Shown: positions 29,974 through 44,700, counted from the first letter of the stretch. The stretch is DNA of 64,000 nt from Hyphochytrium catenoides (GCA_900088475.1 FLMG01001010.1:1-64000), one strand, 5' to 3'. The notes: a model not told the origin generated them from the sequence alone. Made by a program: numbers and translations.

Positions 29974-30472
29974 ATCCTTTTATTTTTTGAGCAGCTACTG
30001 TACATTTGTAAGGCGTTCGTCTCGTACAAATGAACATTTCACGTGTACGCGCCGTGCTACCTGTACAGCACAAGGTACAGCGTACAGGCTCTTTTCGGTT
30101 CACAGCTTCGTTCGTGGCATGAAACGTCGTCTCGGGTTGGCTCCAGATCCTGCTGATAGTGCGGCTTCGCATCGGTGCGCGCTTTCGGCCTCCACACCAG
30201 CTGATAGGACATTGTTGAGTGACAACAGAGTACAAGCGCTACGGCTGCGAAGCGGCATCAGGCATCCGTGTCATCCGCTGAAGAGGAAGAGATGCATTCT
30301 CCATTGATCTAGGAGCTTGTAGGTAAAGCTTCACCTCAGCGCCCCCTCCCCCCGCTGCTTCCTTCCGGTGGTGCAAGCTTGGCGGGCTCGCTCATATAGA
30401 AAGTTCGCTAAAGAAGTATAGGTTTCTACACGACGCGGCGCCAAATAGAGAGTGCCAATCTATCCAGATATC

Positions 30473-33400
30473 ATGGCCTATGCAGAAAGCAGAGCATGGA
30501 TTGCTTACTACGCCAAGAATGGGCTGAGCGGCCATCTGGGAGCACTTTGCGAGTCGGAGTTGAAGGTCAAAGGCAAAGACCCATTCTTCATCTTCTGGGG
30601 GGCCGTGGCGTCTATGCTTGAAGGTACGAAGGGGTAGTTGCTGTCCATCCGTCCTTGACCACAATCCTCTCCGTCGTTGCAATGACCGGGCTTTCCCGCC
30701 GGAAGAACCTAACCTGACTGTACCTCCAGGCTCCTATTCTGAGGCTATCCATCTACTTGATTCAATCAGAACCAAGCGTGAAGTCGAACTACCAACAGTG
30801 GCTGCGCTACTGCACGCCCATAAGAAGTGCAACGTAGTGGATAAAGAGGAGGTAGCAGCCCTGGAGGCCCTGCTGCAGGTGGCAGAGGATCGCGCTCCAG
30901 ACACTGCGGCAGTTCATGTAAGACAAGGACAACCGCGCAGCAAGGGCTAGGCGGAGACAGCACACCGACAAATTTGGAGAGGCGCTTGCGATTATCAGTG
31001 GGAAGCTCAGCGTCACCAAAGGGGCAGTCTGGTGCGAAGAGAGAGAGCACATCCTCAAGCGTATGAACCATAAGGAGATAAGCATCTAGGCCAGAGTAGT
31101 AGTCTTCAAAGTATTGGTCACAAGTGCAAGTCTCACTCTCATGTACTAAAGTGAAGCTCCATCCCGTCCTTTCTCCATTATTCCGTAGGCGGCGTACTTC
31201 CATATCCATACGAGCGGCTTCAAGGAGGCTGCCTCGATTCTTGACAGTATACAGGCCAACGCTAATACTGAAGGGGCTATTCAGGCTCAGTCTGCACGAG
31301 GCCTTTTGCTCCTTTCTGACCCTTCTCAAGATCCTTCGGCCGCATTGGCTTACTTTGAGAATCTAGATGAGCGGTAGGTATTTAGTTCACCTACAGTGGC
31401 GGTAACCTCTTCCTGGTGATGCTTAGACATTACCAATCTCCAATCCGGATGCGTTGCATCTTTCATTCTTCTGTTTATGTCGCTTTATCAGTCGGGGCTG
31501 TATTATCTTCTTTCGTTTGGTGTGATCCCTTTCTCCCTGTGACTCTCATGTATCCCTTGTAGTCGGAAGAAAGATCTGGATGTCCTCATGGGCATGGCAG
31601 GATGCTTCTGGAGAATGAAGGCTTTTCCGCAGGCAAAGGAGATTCTCAACAAGGTACTCAGCCACCTATCCAGCGCAGTTTGTCTCTTGTCTTTCGCGAC
31701 TGCTCTCCTTCTCCGCGCTTGTCTGGGTCCCTCTTTAAACCTCAATCATCCCTCATCTTTAGGTTACCTGTGGTTCATCTGCCCATGTTTAGTGGTAGCC
31801 GATTCTCAGCGCACGATCCCATTTGGTTCACTCCTCTGGCTACTCCTCACTCTTTTTAAGTTTTATTAACCTCATTCCATTAGATCATCGCCACATACCC
31901 CACCTTCTACCCAGCTCTTAATGAAAAAGTGCGAGTTTGCGTCGCCCTCGGCGAATGGGAAATGGCCGTAGAGGTGGCTCAACGGGCGAGGACTGCCAGG
32001 CGGTACGTCGGCACCCATAGACATCTCTTAAACAAAGCTGCTCCTCTTCTCATCTACCCTAATCATATTGCCGCGGCACTAGGCAAAATCCCGATGCTTT
32101 GATCTCTTTGGCCCTCATCTACCTAGCTCGTGATGGAAATCTTGGAGAAGCACTGGAGACCACCAAAGAACTTACCAGTGCTCTAGAAAACACCGAGCGC
32201 AATAATCCTAAGATCCTGGGTATCCACTTCCTTATTCCCACCTCCATACTCTCTATGTCTCATTTCGTATCATCATGATCCCCTCCGCATTCGGTCCCTT
32301 CTAAATCACTGTTGAGCATTACTTCTTCGCTAGAAATGTTGGTTCGCACTTCTTTGAACCGAAAACATCGCGACTCTCTGTACGAAGGTCTTCTGGTAAC
32401 GATGGCTACCTGCTTACATCCTCTCTGAGAGGTGTTATCAGTCGTCTCTCGACAGCTCTTCACGTACCGCTATCTTGTGCTAACCTTTATTGCGTTTAGT
32501 TGACTACGCCAAGCCATTGGCTAGACTAGCGGGACGAAACGAGGCGATGCTCAAGGCCACGCTGACCATGGTAGGAAGGGCCAGGAAACTCAAACCAGAG
32601 GACGGGTAGGTCCTATTCGAATACTATCGACATCATGATGGATTCCTACTGTTTGTCGCTGAACACTGGGGCTGTTATATGCTTCCGTGTTTGTTCACCT
32701 TCAACTTTTCGTCAAACGCTGTTTTGCTGTCTTGCCAGCTCTCGTGCTGGTCATTCTCTGATACTTAGGAGCAATCTTAAAGTCCTCAAGGACTTCGGTC
32801 TTGCTTTCTTGTTCAGTGTTTGTCTTTTGGCCTCATACTGTTCCCTGCTACTGCTACGATGCAGTGCAATCCTCAATGAGCTGGGCTACGAACAAAGTCT
32901 ATTGGGACGGTACACGGAGGCATTAGAGTCATTCAAGCAGTCCCTTCGATTTGATGAGTCAAACCTAGATGCTGTTCAGGGTAAGAGTCGAAAGAGAACT
33001 CTGGCGCAAACCTTCTACCCTTATGTCCACTTTCCTTTACTTCTCTTTGTGATATGTGCTGCATTGGCAAAATCGGGACTGATCAGCTGTTGATTGACCC
33101 ATTCCAGGTATTATCTACTGCCAGATCAAAGATGGGAGAATAGAAGACGCAGAACAGCAGATGGAGTTTCTTAATGTCCTCACGGTACGAATGGCCCGTG
33201 CTGGGACACTGAGTTGCTATTTTAGCTTTGACTGAGATTCTTCTCTCCCAACCTAATATGTCTATGTGATACCCTTCCCACTCTTCTGTGCCTTTAATTC
33301 GTCCATATTCTGGTGATAGATCTATTTTATAGCTTGTCACCCCTTGCTCTTACCACTGTCCGTTCTTGCCATATTTTTTCCAGGAGGGAGAGAGTTTGAG

Positions 33401-36400
33401 CTCACAAATGGCGCTGCTACAAGCTATCCTCAGCTGGAAGAAAAGTAAGTGAATAGGGGCCCTTTCGCTTCTTCCTATTCACCAGATTACCATTGCTGCC
33501 ACTACGGCTAATACTCGCCTTTATCGCGTACTGTCCTCTTGTCCAGCACATGACAAGGAAAGCCACGTCAAACTTTTGAACAAGACACTAAAGATTCATA
33601 TGGAGAACCTAAAGGCGGTGGCAGGGGTATGGAAAGAGTTCTGTTGCCCTAAGCCGTCTGCTCCCATCCCCAACATGTCTTGCTATACGTCTCCATTCAC
33701 TCTGCGTGTCAAGAACCTGTTTATGGTGGCGCCACCCCAGAGACTGAGTGCCGTCAAGTTCCTGAATCTCCTAGTTCCTCCTCCAAAGTTTAGCTTGCAA
33801 GTCCTCGCACGTGGAAGAAATTTTTTATTTGACTGAGATTCACTTCTCCTGCCTTTTTGATCCCCCTACAACTGCTCATCGCCATTTTTCGGCTCATGTT
33901 CCAACTCCATAACCCAGTCGGACACGCTCACTATGGTTCAAGAGGTCATCCACCTAAACCCGGATTTCTTAGTAGAGGTTGCTGCAGAATTTCTCCAGTA
34001 CAGCTCACAAGGCAAAGACGGGGACGGGAAACTGATCAAGAAAGGAATTACTATCCTCCAAAAAGTGGTGAAAAGCTATCCCGGTCTCTTTCACGCGCAG
34101 CTTTCGCTTGCAAGGGCATATTTTGAGTCCAAAGATCATGAAAACGCCAGCAAAGCCTTGCAACAGGTAGGTAGAGAGAGAAGCTGACACGCTAACTATA
34201 CATGGCCACCACTCTTTATCAACAGTTAAATCTACCGAAGATTTGGTCTCCCGTCTTCCTAGCAATGTGTTCTTCAAAGAAAGCTCGAAGCTGCACTCAT
34301 CCTTGTTATGAAAATCCATCCGCCTCGAATCTCATTTCAATTGGAAGCACTCGCTTTGTTTGCCTGCTTTGTGGTCCCTCTGGCTGCTGTGTTCGTGTCT
34401 CTATCCGGTCTTCTTCTTGCCCAGAGCATAAGTCACTTAGTACGGCCCGCTACTGTTGGTAGGTGGTTAAACTGGACCAGAGTTGCGGCGAGGCACACTT
34501 GATGCTGGCGCGTATCGCTCTAGCCTCCGGCAACATCCAGACTGCTGCTGCATCTCTAGATCAGGCTCTCAGTTATGACTTTTCCATCAAGAACTCCGTT
34601 TCCTTCATGCTTGTTAAGGCCAAGGTAGAACCCGCTTCCAGTTGTGTCGATTATGGTCTTGCCTGACATACGCTCCGGGGGTACAACTTCGCTGCTCTGT
34701 AGGTACTGCAAAGCTCGGGAAACTGGAAAGAGGCACTAGAGCTCTTGGTCGAGGCTCTAAAGCCTGCATTTGGAGGTAAACTAGCAAGCCCAAGAACTTC
34801 GTCTTTCGCCGCTCCGTCTCATTCACTCAGCTCTCTTCCAAAACTTTTACCTTGCCTGATCTTCTGAACCTATCCCATATGTTCGACGTTTTTGCGTCAC
34901 TTTTATGTCTGTTTTTGCGTAACGTGTAGCTTACCTGCCATTCCCGTTTTGGCAGGACGTCGTGACAGCCAATTGAAAGCGACGGAGAGAGCAATGAAGC
35001 TTACTCAGGAGGAGAAGGCTGTCATCTACATCGCCATTATTGAGGTTAGGAGTCAAGCGAGTTGTTCTCAGTCGTCCTCCTTCTGCTGCTAATGATGAAA
35101 GTAGATATTCTCTCTTCCGTTCCTATCATCTGTAAGTTCATTATCAGCTGATCTAACGACACGTGACCCCATGGCTTCTGTCACAAACCCTTTGAACTCA
35201 CGATGGCACTTTCATTGTCCTCCATGCCAGCTCCATACAACGGAAGGAAATCTTGCAGAAGCCCAGAAATTTGCCTCAGAAGCCATGGATAAGTTTAGGT
35301 ACTGGACGCGAGCTCCCTCCTGTCGTTCCCTCTTCGTCATTCCGCTCTACAGCGTCTTCTGGCATGCAAGCAAAGTTTCCTTCTTCTGTATTTGAGTGGA
35401 CGCAATCCTCTCCGCCCTCAAGACTTAACAGTGCGCCAACGAATGTAGGGGAGCGCCGGAAGAGATCGAGATTCTCATTGCTAGCAGTGAGCTGGCTATC
35501 AAGAGCAACAGAATAGAGGCTGCCATTGCAATGCTCCAAAGTGTACCAAAGGTACCTCTTTAGCTGTGTATTCATTTGTTCATCTACTTCTTCATTGGCG
35601 ATCTATCCAACCTCACTCTTGGTTTCTTAACTTGCATGATTCGTTTTACATATCTATATCCATTTGGCGCTTATCGGATGTCTTTCACCTGCCTGCCCCA
35701 GTCTTCTGCGGCCTACGCTAAAGCTCAGACAGTCAAGGCGGATGTCTATCTCCAACACAAGCGAGATAAGAAGCTATACATTCAATGCTACAAGGTCTCC
35801 CACCTTCTGTTTTACCGTAGCTCTTGCTGTATGTTATTATGCTGGTCATCTCTTTCTCCAGACAAACCTCTTTCCTATCCGCTCCGAGTGCTGCTCTATG
35901 GACTTTTCTAGTTGGCACCATTCGGTCCTTCACTGTATAGCTCTCTGTTCTCTTCTCGACGCTCTCTCCTTCCTTATGTTCCCTTCTATCTTGTTTGCTT
36001 GCTCATAAGGAGAGACACTAATACTTCCGTGGTCCATAACAGGATATCGTCGAAATCAAGCCAACTGTTGCCTCCTATGTACAGCTGGGAGAAGCTTGTC
36101 TTAAAGTGCAGGTAGTGGAGGAAAGGACTGATTACGGTCCCTCAATAGTCTCATCATACCTCTGCAGGAACCTGATCAAGCCATTGAAGCCTTCCAGGGA
36201 GCGTTAAACTTGGACTCGACAGACTCTACGGTACATTGCTCTTTGGTCTTGGTTTTGAGATGCCCTGCTTTCTCTTGCATCGGAGTAGGCAACCTTATAG
36301 GGTCAAGTTTCGTTTCCTTGACAAATGCTACGTTTTGGATGATTGTTTGCCATACTATGGCATCACGGGTCTGAGCTTTCTAGCCTAATGGGTCTCGGCC

Positions 36401-39400
36401 GCTACCTCTCTCCATTGTTCTGTTACAATTACTCTATGCAGATTGCTGATCGTCTGGGTGAAGCTCTACTGTCGACCCACGACTACTTGAAGGCGATCAA
36501 TTATTATGATGCAGCGCTAAGGATGGATCCCAGTAGGGCCAGGGTCCGACACAAAGTAGTAGAGCTCTACATCCGACTGAAGAAGTATGAGCAGGTACAC
36601 AACTTCCGCTTATTTTGCTGTAGATTCCCTTTTCCCTACGAGTCCCTCTACCCTAAGATTCCCTCTACTGTTCTCTTGCTGTTTCGCTTTGTGACTTTGC
36701 ACTCTGGGTATAACGTCTCCGTGACCGAATTTTGTCCGCACTTCATTAAATACTTAGCCTTCACTTGTGCTTATGGTCCTGCTCTGATTGTTACATCTTT
36801 AGGCCCGACGAGTCTTGGAGAAGGCTCCCAGTAAGTCGACCGACGATATTCAGGACATAATCGCACAAGTGAAGGTAAGTGAAGCCTGCTACATCTGGAC
36901 TTCCTGCGGTATGACGGTGTGCTACTTCTATCTCGTGAGCCTGGTTTGCAACTCGACGGCCTCTTTGTCTTCTGCTTTCCTATCAACCCTCCCTCGTCCT
37001 CTATTTCATCCCGTGCAGGACATGCGACTTTTTTCGGAGATTTTGATGGGCCACGAAGATGTTGACAGGGCGGAAGAAGTGCTTTGCAAGTCCGCGTCCA
37101 TACAGAAGAGGGTCGTAGATAGGCTAAAATCAGATCAGCCAGAGCTTCTTAAAGCCCAAAAGGACATCTTAACGAATATTTATGTCACACTTGGCGAGAT
37201 GTTCTTGGTAAGCACTCACCTAGCCTCAGCCCTAGCACGTGTCATGTTATTTTCGTCGTTGACTCGCGTTGCCTCTCCAGCTTACTAGGTCTTCTTTGAA
37301 AGCAGCCGCTCCTGTTCTGTTCAGTTTTTAAACCTGCAATCTGCATCTTCTCCTTCTATGCATTTTAGGAGCTGGCATAGAATGTCGACGTCCTCATAGT
37401 TCATGCCCCGCTTCTTTCATACTTGTCAACTGCTATGTAGGAGAGAGCCCCCGAGAAAAGCATCCAATATTTTAATGACAGCCTGCGGTGCGACCCCTCT
37501 CATGAGAAGACTCTAATGCGGCTCGCCTCGCTATCTCTTAAAATGGGAGAGCATGAGCAGTGCAAGCACCAGTGCGAAACTCTATTAAGGATCGTTCCTG
37601 GCCACGATGGAGCAGCGATCATGTTATCAGACCTTAGCTTTCAGAAGGGAGAGTTTGAGACGGCCACGTACTACCTGCAGCAGGTGAGGATCTGAAACAG
37701 AGATGGATTTGTGTGAGTGGAGCATACGGGGCGAGATAGCGAGATGGATTTGTGTGAGCGTTGCTTGGAAACAAGGGACAGTGCAGATGCATAGCAAAAG
37801 CATCGCTCAGACTCTTGAAAAGTAACACTAGAGGCAAACGGGGCCAGGACCTTATGAAAAGTTGAGAACTAAGTAGGATCTACTGAAAGGCTCAGAAGAA
37901 TGGGCGGTAGTTTGGCATTGGCAGGTGGAGAGACAAGGGTGACAAAGACCCGGTTGAAAAGCATCGATGGCCTCGAGGGCGGTTCTGGGCCCATCAAAGC
38001 TATTACTCTACATCTCTCAACGCCTCCTCGTTCTTGCTCCATGCCCCAGATATTGGACCACAAGAAAGATCAATTCTTTGCACTTTCGAAACTGATCAAG
38101 CTGTTATGGAGGATTGGTAAGCTGCAGGACGCCACACAGCCTCTTGCAGCTGCGGAGAATTGCAGCATGCGGTCTGCCCAGTTGCCGGGTTACTTTTATT
38201 GCAAGGGGTTGTATCTCCGTTATAAGAATGACGTGGTCGAAGCCATCAAGTGCTTTAACAAAGCAAGGTAAGTAGAAGTAATAAGAAGCAAGGCGATTTA
38301 AACGAAAGCAACTAGACAACGTAGCCTAGAACGGACAGCTCAATTTGGCCGCCGGGAGCAGTGTGGCACCATCCACTAGTGTTTTCTTTCTCACCGCTTC
38401 CATTAAGGCGGGATGCTCAGTTTGGTGCCGATGCGGTAGCTGCCATGATCCAGCTCTATCTCAACCCTGATAGTGATAATATATGGGGAGACTCTTCTGC
38501 GGAGCTGGATCCAGAGAACCTTAGGGTCGTCGAGAAGTTACTAGGAGAGCTCCCAAAGGTACAGCGTGAGAGGGTGGCATCGTCGATCTGTTTAGGGTAT
38601 ATAAGCGCGCCCCACAGCCTTATTTGATGCTAGAAGTGCTAGCCTTTGATCAAGGTGCTTCAGAATGGAATTAGCCATTATCCCTTTGCATTGGTTTATT
38701 GTCGTCTAAGACTCTCACCATCAGAACGATACGAGGAGAGACATCCTACAAGCTTACTACCTCCTGGGCTCCCGCAACCCTGCGAGCATTGAAAAAGCTA
38801 TTCAAGCATTTACGGATATCACCGAGCAGAAGAAAGACTACATCCCCTCTCTTCTAGGGATGAGTGTGGGCTATATGCTCTTAAAGCAGGAGCCGAGAGC
38901 GAGAAATCAGCTCAAGAGAATCGCAAAAATGGACTATGATCTCAGGTTCATGGACGAACTTGAGCAGAGCTACCTGATGCTGGCCGACATCTATATTGGA
39001 AGGTATGACAGAGACCATAACGGTGTAGCGAGAGGATCGCCCCTGACTATCAGAGATGAGCGGTCAGTGGCTGTCAGCATCATTACGGCATGGGGTTAAT
39101 GCTGAGTGTGAGCGGGAGCTTGAGGAAGTGGCGGTAAAGCCCGTGTACATCACGTAGGAGATGATATAAGATGCCTCTCTTATTGTGCTTTTTGCGCCTG
39201 TCCGCAGCGGTAAGTATGACTTGGCTCAGGAGCTGTGCCAGCGGTGCTTAAAGTATAATAAGGCTTGCGGTCGGGCCTGGGAGACGATGGGCATGATCAT
39301 GGAAAAGGAGCAATCGTACCAGGACGCAGCTAGCAACTATGAGAAGGCGTGGAAGCTGCAAGGTAAGCCTCCCATACCAAGTACTACCAAGATGGATTCG

Positions 39401-39588
39401 AAAGACCGACTTGTTTCTCAGGTGAGAACTCCGCTCCCGTGGGATACAAGCTCGCTTTCAACTATCTGAAGGCTAGGCGAAACATCGAGGCCATCACGGT
39501 CTGTCAGAAAGTCCTCTCAGCTTTCCCCAACTATCCCAAGATTAGGGAGGACATCCTCGTGAAAGCGAGGGAAGGACTAAGGCCCTAA
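30473..39588 (+). CDS. TTC21B: Tetratricopeptide repeat protein 21B / IFT139 (IFT-A complex), ~29 exons
   Basis: N-terminus AWIAYYA...DPFFIFW, followed by many TPR exons (EDAEQQMEFL, LGEALLSTHDYLKAINYY, PGYFYCKGLY, ARNQLKRIAK, LMLADIYI, GKYDLAQELCQRCLKYNKACGRAWE). Diagnostic C-terminus GYKLAFNYLKA...YPKIREDILVKAREGLRP, TAA ending at 39588. Confidence 0.95.
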
Positions 39589-40100
39589 CCGCGGGACCGG
39601 GGGCAGATGTTTGTGCAGACTGAGTTATGACCATCCATATAGTAGGAGAGATCTTCATATATGTTTGAACGTTCTTCCACATGGCTTCAAGACAGCTTCC
39701 GACTAGCGAATAAAGCAGGTTATTCTGTTTTTGGCAGTCTGGTAACCTATTTCCACTCTGGCTCCCAAACGGTTGCATAGGACATTAGAAGGGGACGACT
39801 CCGCATTGGAGAAGATGCACGAAATAGGAAGGTCAGGTGTTCAATCTTGGTTGATGGGGAAATGTAGAACACGGACATCTACAGAGCAGAGCATAGGCGC
39901 AACTTCAATATTAAGCATTACTGTGAGAAACACGTGAAAGGGAACCAGAACGCTCCCCGTCCCTATAGGAAAGGATTAGCGGGTGGTGCAGGTCATCCCA
40001 CATCTCCTCGGCCCGCTGTCTCGCTCTCTTTCTCTTCCTTTACACTCATCACTTCCACCCCCTCCAAACATGTAAAGAACAGCATAAAAGAAGAGAGTCA

Positions 40101-41758
40101 CTAGATCATGAATGCCAGATCATTGTTCTTCCTTCCGTCACCAACGTATACGGTCCCGAATTTTGGCGTGTTGACTACATGGAAACTGCACGATCCTGGC
40201 CATACCAAGTTCCGAATGTTGACTACCTTCGAATCTGGCCGGATTTGGACGGTCCATGTGGCTAAGAAGCGGTGAGATGGAACGTTGACGATCAAACAGA
40301 GAAATATCAGAAGACTGCGCACCGCTGGCGGTACATAAGTCAAGGAAAAAGCATTTATAAAGAGCTGCGATAGAGAACAGAATAGGCTTGATGCCCAAGG
40401 AGTGAAGCGGGGCAATTAAAGCAGGAAGTGCTATGGAAAGGGCTTTTGCCCTGATAGTGGCCTAATAGTATGCATTTATGGCCCTACCTTTAGGCTCGTC
40501 ATCAGCGATGGGGTCCAAGAAGTCTGTTGACCTCACCATTCCTTCTTTCTCTAGCGCATTCTTCACTAGGTCTCCCCGAGCCGGTCGAAAGTGGTAGTAG
40601 GACTCGAGCAGTGCTGCTGACCTATGGTCTAGACCTAAACCAGCATATAGTAAGGTCGCAAGGAGCCATTAGAAGCATGTTAGGAAACCGTCTTAGAAAG
40701 GGCAGGAAGAGGCTTGTTTCGCTTTCCGAAAAGAGAAGTGATAAGGAAGGAAGGAAGGAAGGAAGAAGTAATCTGGAGAAGAGAAAGACGAGGGAAGGCT
40801 CGAACCTAAGGATTGCAAGAATCGGCGACAGGGGGCGAAAGTGCGTTACAGACACAGAATGAGACACACAGAGCATAAAAGTGAAAGGGCAGAGAACGTA
40901 TTGAACGACAAGCAAAGGGAAGGAGTTATAGTGTTGTTGAGGACATCGGAACGGGCAAAGAGTATCTGTGCACCTTGGAAGACAGTGTTTTTGATAACTT
41001 GATGGCTAGGCGAGACGATCCATGAGTCCCGAGGAACAATAGCGATTTCATCCTCTATTGCCTGGAGAGTAGTAGGGAGAGCAGCCGTAAGACCCGAGGA
41101 CGAATGCTCTATAGTTCTTAAGACACCAAAATCAATGGAAACAAATGCAGTCGGATACAGACGCCAAAGAGAAGGAGCCTCCAGGTTGAGACAAGAGACT
41201 AAACGTGACCGAGGAAGCGACCCTCCACCAAGGGGGAAGTGCAAGAGCGACGAAAAAGTATGAAGAATTCGAAGTATAAGGAGTTGTCATACAAGAATTG
41301 TAGCAGCTAGACGGTGCTCTTCCCGAATAGCTTTCCCTTCCTCAATGGGGTCTCTGAGATCTTCATAAGCTAGTGATGGGTCTCCCTTAAACCTCTTCAT
41401 CATGCCTAAGAGCTGGGGCTTGAGTGAAGAGTGCACCTGCGGAAGTTGCTGGAGCTCAAAGTTTGTGGTGGTGCTAAGATAAGAAGATGTGACTGAGAGG
41501 GCTGTCGTCGTAACTCTAGCAAAGTGGTGGTCAGGAGGCTTACCAGTAATAGAACTTCTTAGTAGGATGCTGCTTAGTTGGCAAGAGGCCAACAGCAATG
41601 AGGTAATCCTTTTCATCTCCTAAGATTCTGCCCCAAAACTGAATCTGGGACAGATTTTCTTGGTTTAGCCGCTTTGAGAGCTCGCCTTCAAGTGCGGAGA
41701 GCTCCTCAATGGTCAGAGTCCTTCCGATATTCAGATAACCGAGATGTTCGAGATCCAT
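40101..41758 (-). CDS. RSPH9: Radial spoke head protein 9, 5 exons
   Basis: FWGRILGDEKDYLIA, KKFYY, FKGDPS, REEHRLAATI..IEDEIAIVPR, FQGL...YYHFRP, DFLDPIADDEPK and RNLVWPG..FH....FGTVYVGDGRKNNDLAFMI, stop TAG. Confidence 0.93.
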
Positions 41759-44700
41759 GTTTCCTCTTCCTGGGCAGTCTCCGTTATGACAGCACAAACG
41801 GCTTATACGATACCCGTGCTCCTCTATGAAGCTAACAGTGCAACCCAATGAGAAATGAAAACTCTGACAGTTGATGGGAGAAGCGAAGTCATCGCTCCTG
41901 CTGACGGCAGTCGTCGGCCCTAACCTGCTGCGTGGGAGAGAGACGGAAAGCTTCGATCACCGGAGCAGCAAGCCAACGAAAGGGCACAAAACCTTCTTTG
42001 AGCCGTTATCTTCCTCAAATCACAACTCAGTAATCATATCAGTAAAGGCGCCAGTTATCAATTATACCTTCGCTAACGACTAGCGCTTTGTAGAGCACCG
42101 TGGTTCTCAAGCAGAGATGGGTCTCAAGTCTGGTGGGAGCTGTGACTGCATCAATCTGCATCTTCAATGACGGCACTGCTGACCGCTGCTGACCGCTGAC
42201 AGGCGCTGATTTGGCTTGTCGTCATTCACTTCGTTGCCATCATCATGCAACTCTTGAGGCGGCAGTTGCGTGGTCGTCCAAGCAAGGTTGTTGTTCTATG
42301 TCCATCCGATGTCTGAACATTCTGGGTCGGTGTTTGTCGAGAAAGACAAGCCCACCCTCTTATTTTTACTTCGCAGATATTGGTGGTGGTACCGTCATTG
42401 AAGTCTTTCATCGTCGGCAGTATGTCATCCCGTTCCCTCCTTGGTAATAAGAAGATGAGTATTGCGCATTTTCAAGACCATTACTCGTGGGTGGTCCGTC
42501 CGTCTTTAATAACCGGAACTTTTGCGACAAGGATGCACTACGATCCCGACTGCAATCTCATCACAGCACTTCCCAGCGACGATTGTGCTGAGATGATGAT
42601 ATTATAATGCCGTCTAGAGTCAGACGTCATGATTTGTGAGTGATGGGTTAAGGCTTAGTAGAAGGGGATGATATCCGCCCCTGCCGTTGATTGACTGGCG
42701 GTCGGCATTATATCACCATCCCTGCTCATCTTTCTATCTTTCGATTAGCAATGACAAAAGCTAGAGGCTCTGCTACTATTGTGACAGTAATCATGGAAAG
42801 AGTGAGCAGGTAGAGGTAGCTTGTTCAGTTGCTCTTTGAACTTCTTCTTCAACTTATTGGAAGTAGGTGTCAAGCACGTTCCATGTATGCTGCTAACAAT
42901 ATTCTTGAGGATGGGGAGAATGAAGCCACCCTATTGATCATCACTAGCGTCAATAATGAAGACGATCTCTTCCGCATCACAAATCGTGCCACTCGCACGG
43001 TGAGCACTCTTTCTCCCTCCTCTCCCAGCAGCTTGGAAAAGCGAAAGCTCGTGGGTTCTCAGTCCGTACGACGTTCATAAGTGTAATGATCTCCATCAGA
43101 GATGCATTGCGTTTCTTCCCCGCTGCAAGACTATCAGTAACAAAAGGCACTTGCGCGGCGATTTCACACTCGCGGCTGCGTTTATCGACTACAGAGCAAC
43201 AGATGCTCTAGAACCGCCCACGAACAGGTACGGCATCGAAACCCATCACCATGTAATCTACCTGTTACTCAATGCAGGATAAGCCTGCAATTCATTCCTT
43301 AGCACTATCCCTCATGTCCTTACCGCCGGCAGGAATCTATCTCCGTAGTTCTTATAGATGTGATAAGAGTCTCGTTTAGCAAGGTACCATAGGGCGCCGC
43401 ACGTACCGGGTCCAATGAGGCGCTCTCTGGAAGTCCAGCTAAGTTCATAGTGCAACGCAGGTCATTGAGGTTTACAGAATAGCAAAATGATAATAGTGGA
43501 GACTGGCAGAAGTGTGCCTGGCTCTATATTGCTAGTCTTGGTGGTATTCAAGCCAACAAGCGCTCACAAAAGAATGACTAGAACTACGTCGTCCATCCTC
43601 TTGATCCTCTTCCCTGCAGTCAACAGCATGGCCACAAGGAGACGGCCGACCTTAAGGCTATCCAGCATTCCGAAGGCGACTGAGAACGTTTGCTGTGACA
43701 GCTGCTGTCCTCTCGTACTCTTCGTTCTTTTCCTGGCCAAAACTTTTGCAGCGAGGGGTGGTGTTCTTTGATTCTCCAGGCGGAAAAAAGCAATCAAAGG
43801 CGTGAGAAAGAGGAGAATCCAACCCAGCTGACAGTTCACCAAAGGTAGGTACTTTGAGCACCGCTGACTCGTCCACCTTTCCTCCATGTAGGAAAACCCT
43901 TACCAAGCCCGAGCCTTTAGGAGCTGTTGCTGCGATCACATCTGTCTGATGTACTACTAAGATGCCCCATACAATTCAACAAGGGATAATAGTGGCGCGC
44001 TGCCCTCGCTTTCCTGGCCGCCAGCTCCTATAGCCCCCACTCTCTGCTAGCTTGCTGGTCTGCAAGAAGCAGCTGGTCTGTTAATGGCGGCAGCAGGGAC
44101 CGAAGGAAAGAAAGAAGTGATTCGCCGTAGTATCTGGAGCCTGCTGCCGCCATGGAACCCGTTTTATAAGAACAGCAACTGAAAGAATAACACTCTCTGG
44201 TTCCTATTGTATTCGCATATTGGTCAAGCCTATAAGCTAACCTGCGCAAATAGACTCCTAAACAGTCTATAGTCATACTTTCAGTAAGGGTTATGTGTAT
44301 GGCGCTTCCCAGATTATGCGCAATGAACCCATACAAGACCCCGTTATCCTTGTGATTTGTCCTTGCCACTCGACCGACCGTCATAGTGAATTGGGCTTCA
44401 TTATTTTCACAGAAGGGCTAATGCCGACCCACCCCACGGAAGGATTCGAAAGATCTGCCCAAGAAAATTCTTCAAGTTGAAGATGCGATTTTTCAGGATG
44501 CTCTGCCATTCTCAGGCATCTCAACGCCGCTGCTAACAGCGAGGTTATGACCATTAACATCATGGCGCACACCACTCAGAAAATTGTGGCAAGGAAAGCA
44601 GGGCTCGCCACGAGCAATAAGGTTGATTATTGGCAGCCAGGCTTGCGCTTGCTCTTTGAGAAAATTTATAATAGCAGGAGGACGGAGAAGGGAGGATGGA

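Noticed and set aside
39541-40103. Stop-codon reassignment (TAA/TAG read as Gln), suggested by TAR-interrupted intergenic frames
   Set aside because: Conserved C-termini end exactly at TAA (TTC21B ...GLRP) and TAG (RSPH9 ...LAFMI), and no conserved exon I reconstructed contains an in-frame TAR. The standard code fits.
43660-43950. Plus-strand WPKLLQRGVVFFDSPG...LTKPE resembling dynamin-like G3/G4 motifs
   Set aside because: Internal TGA, short G3-G4 spacing and no P-loop found upstream; could be chance.
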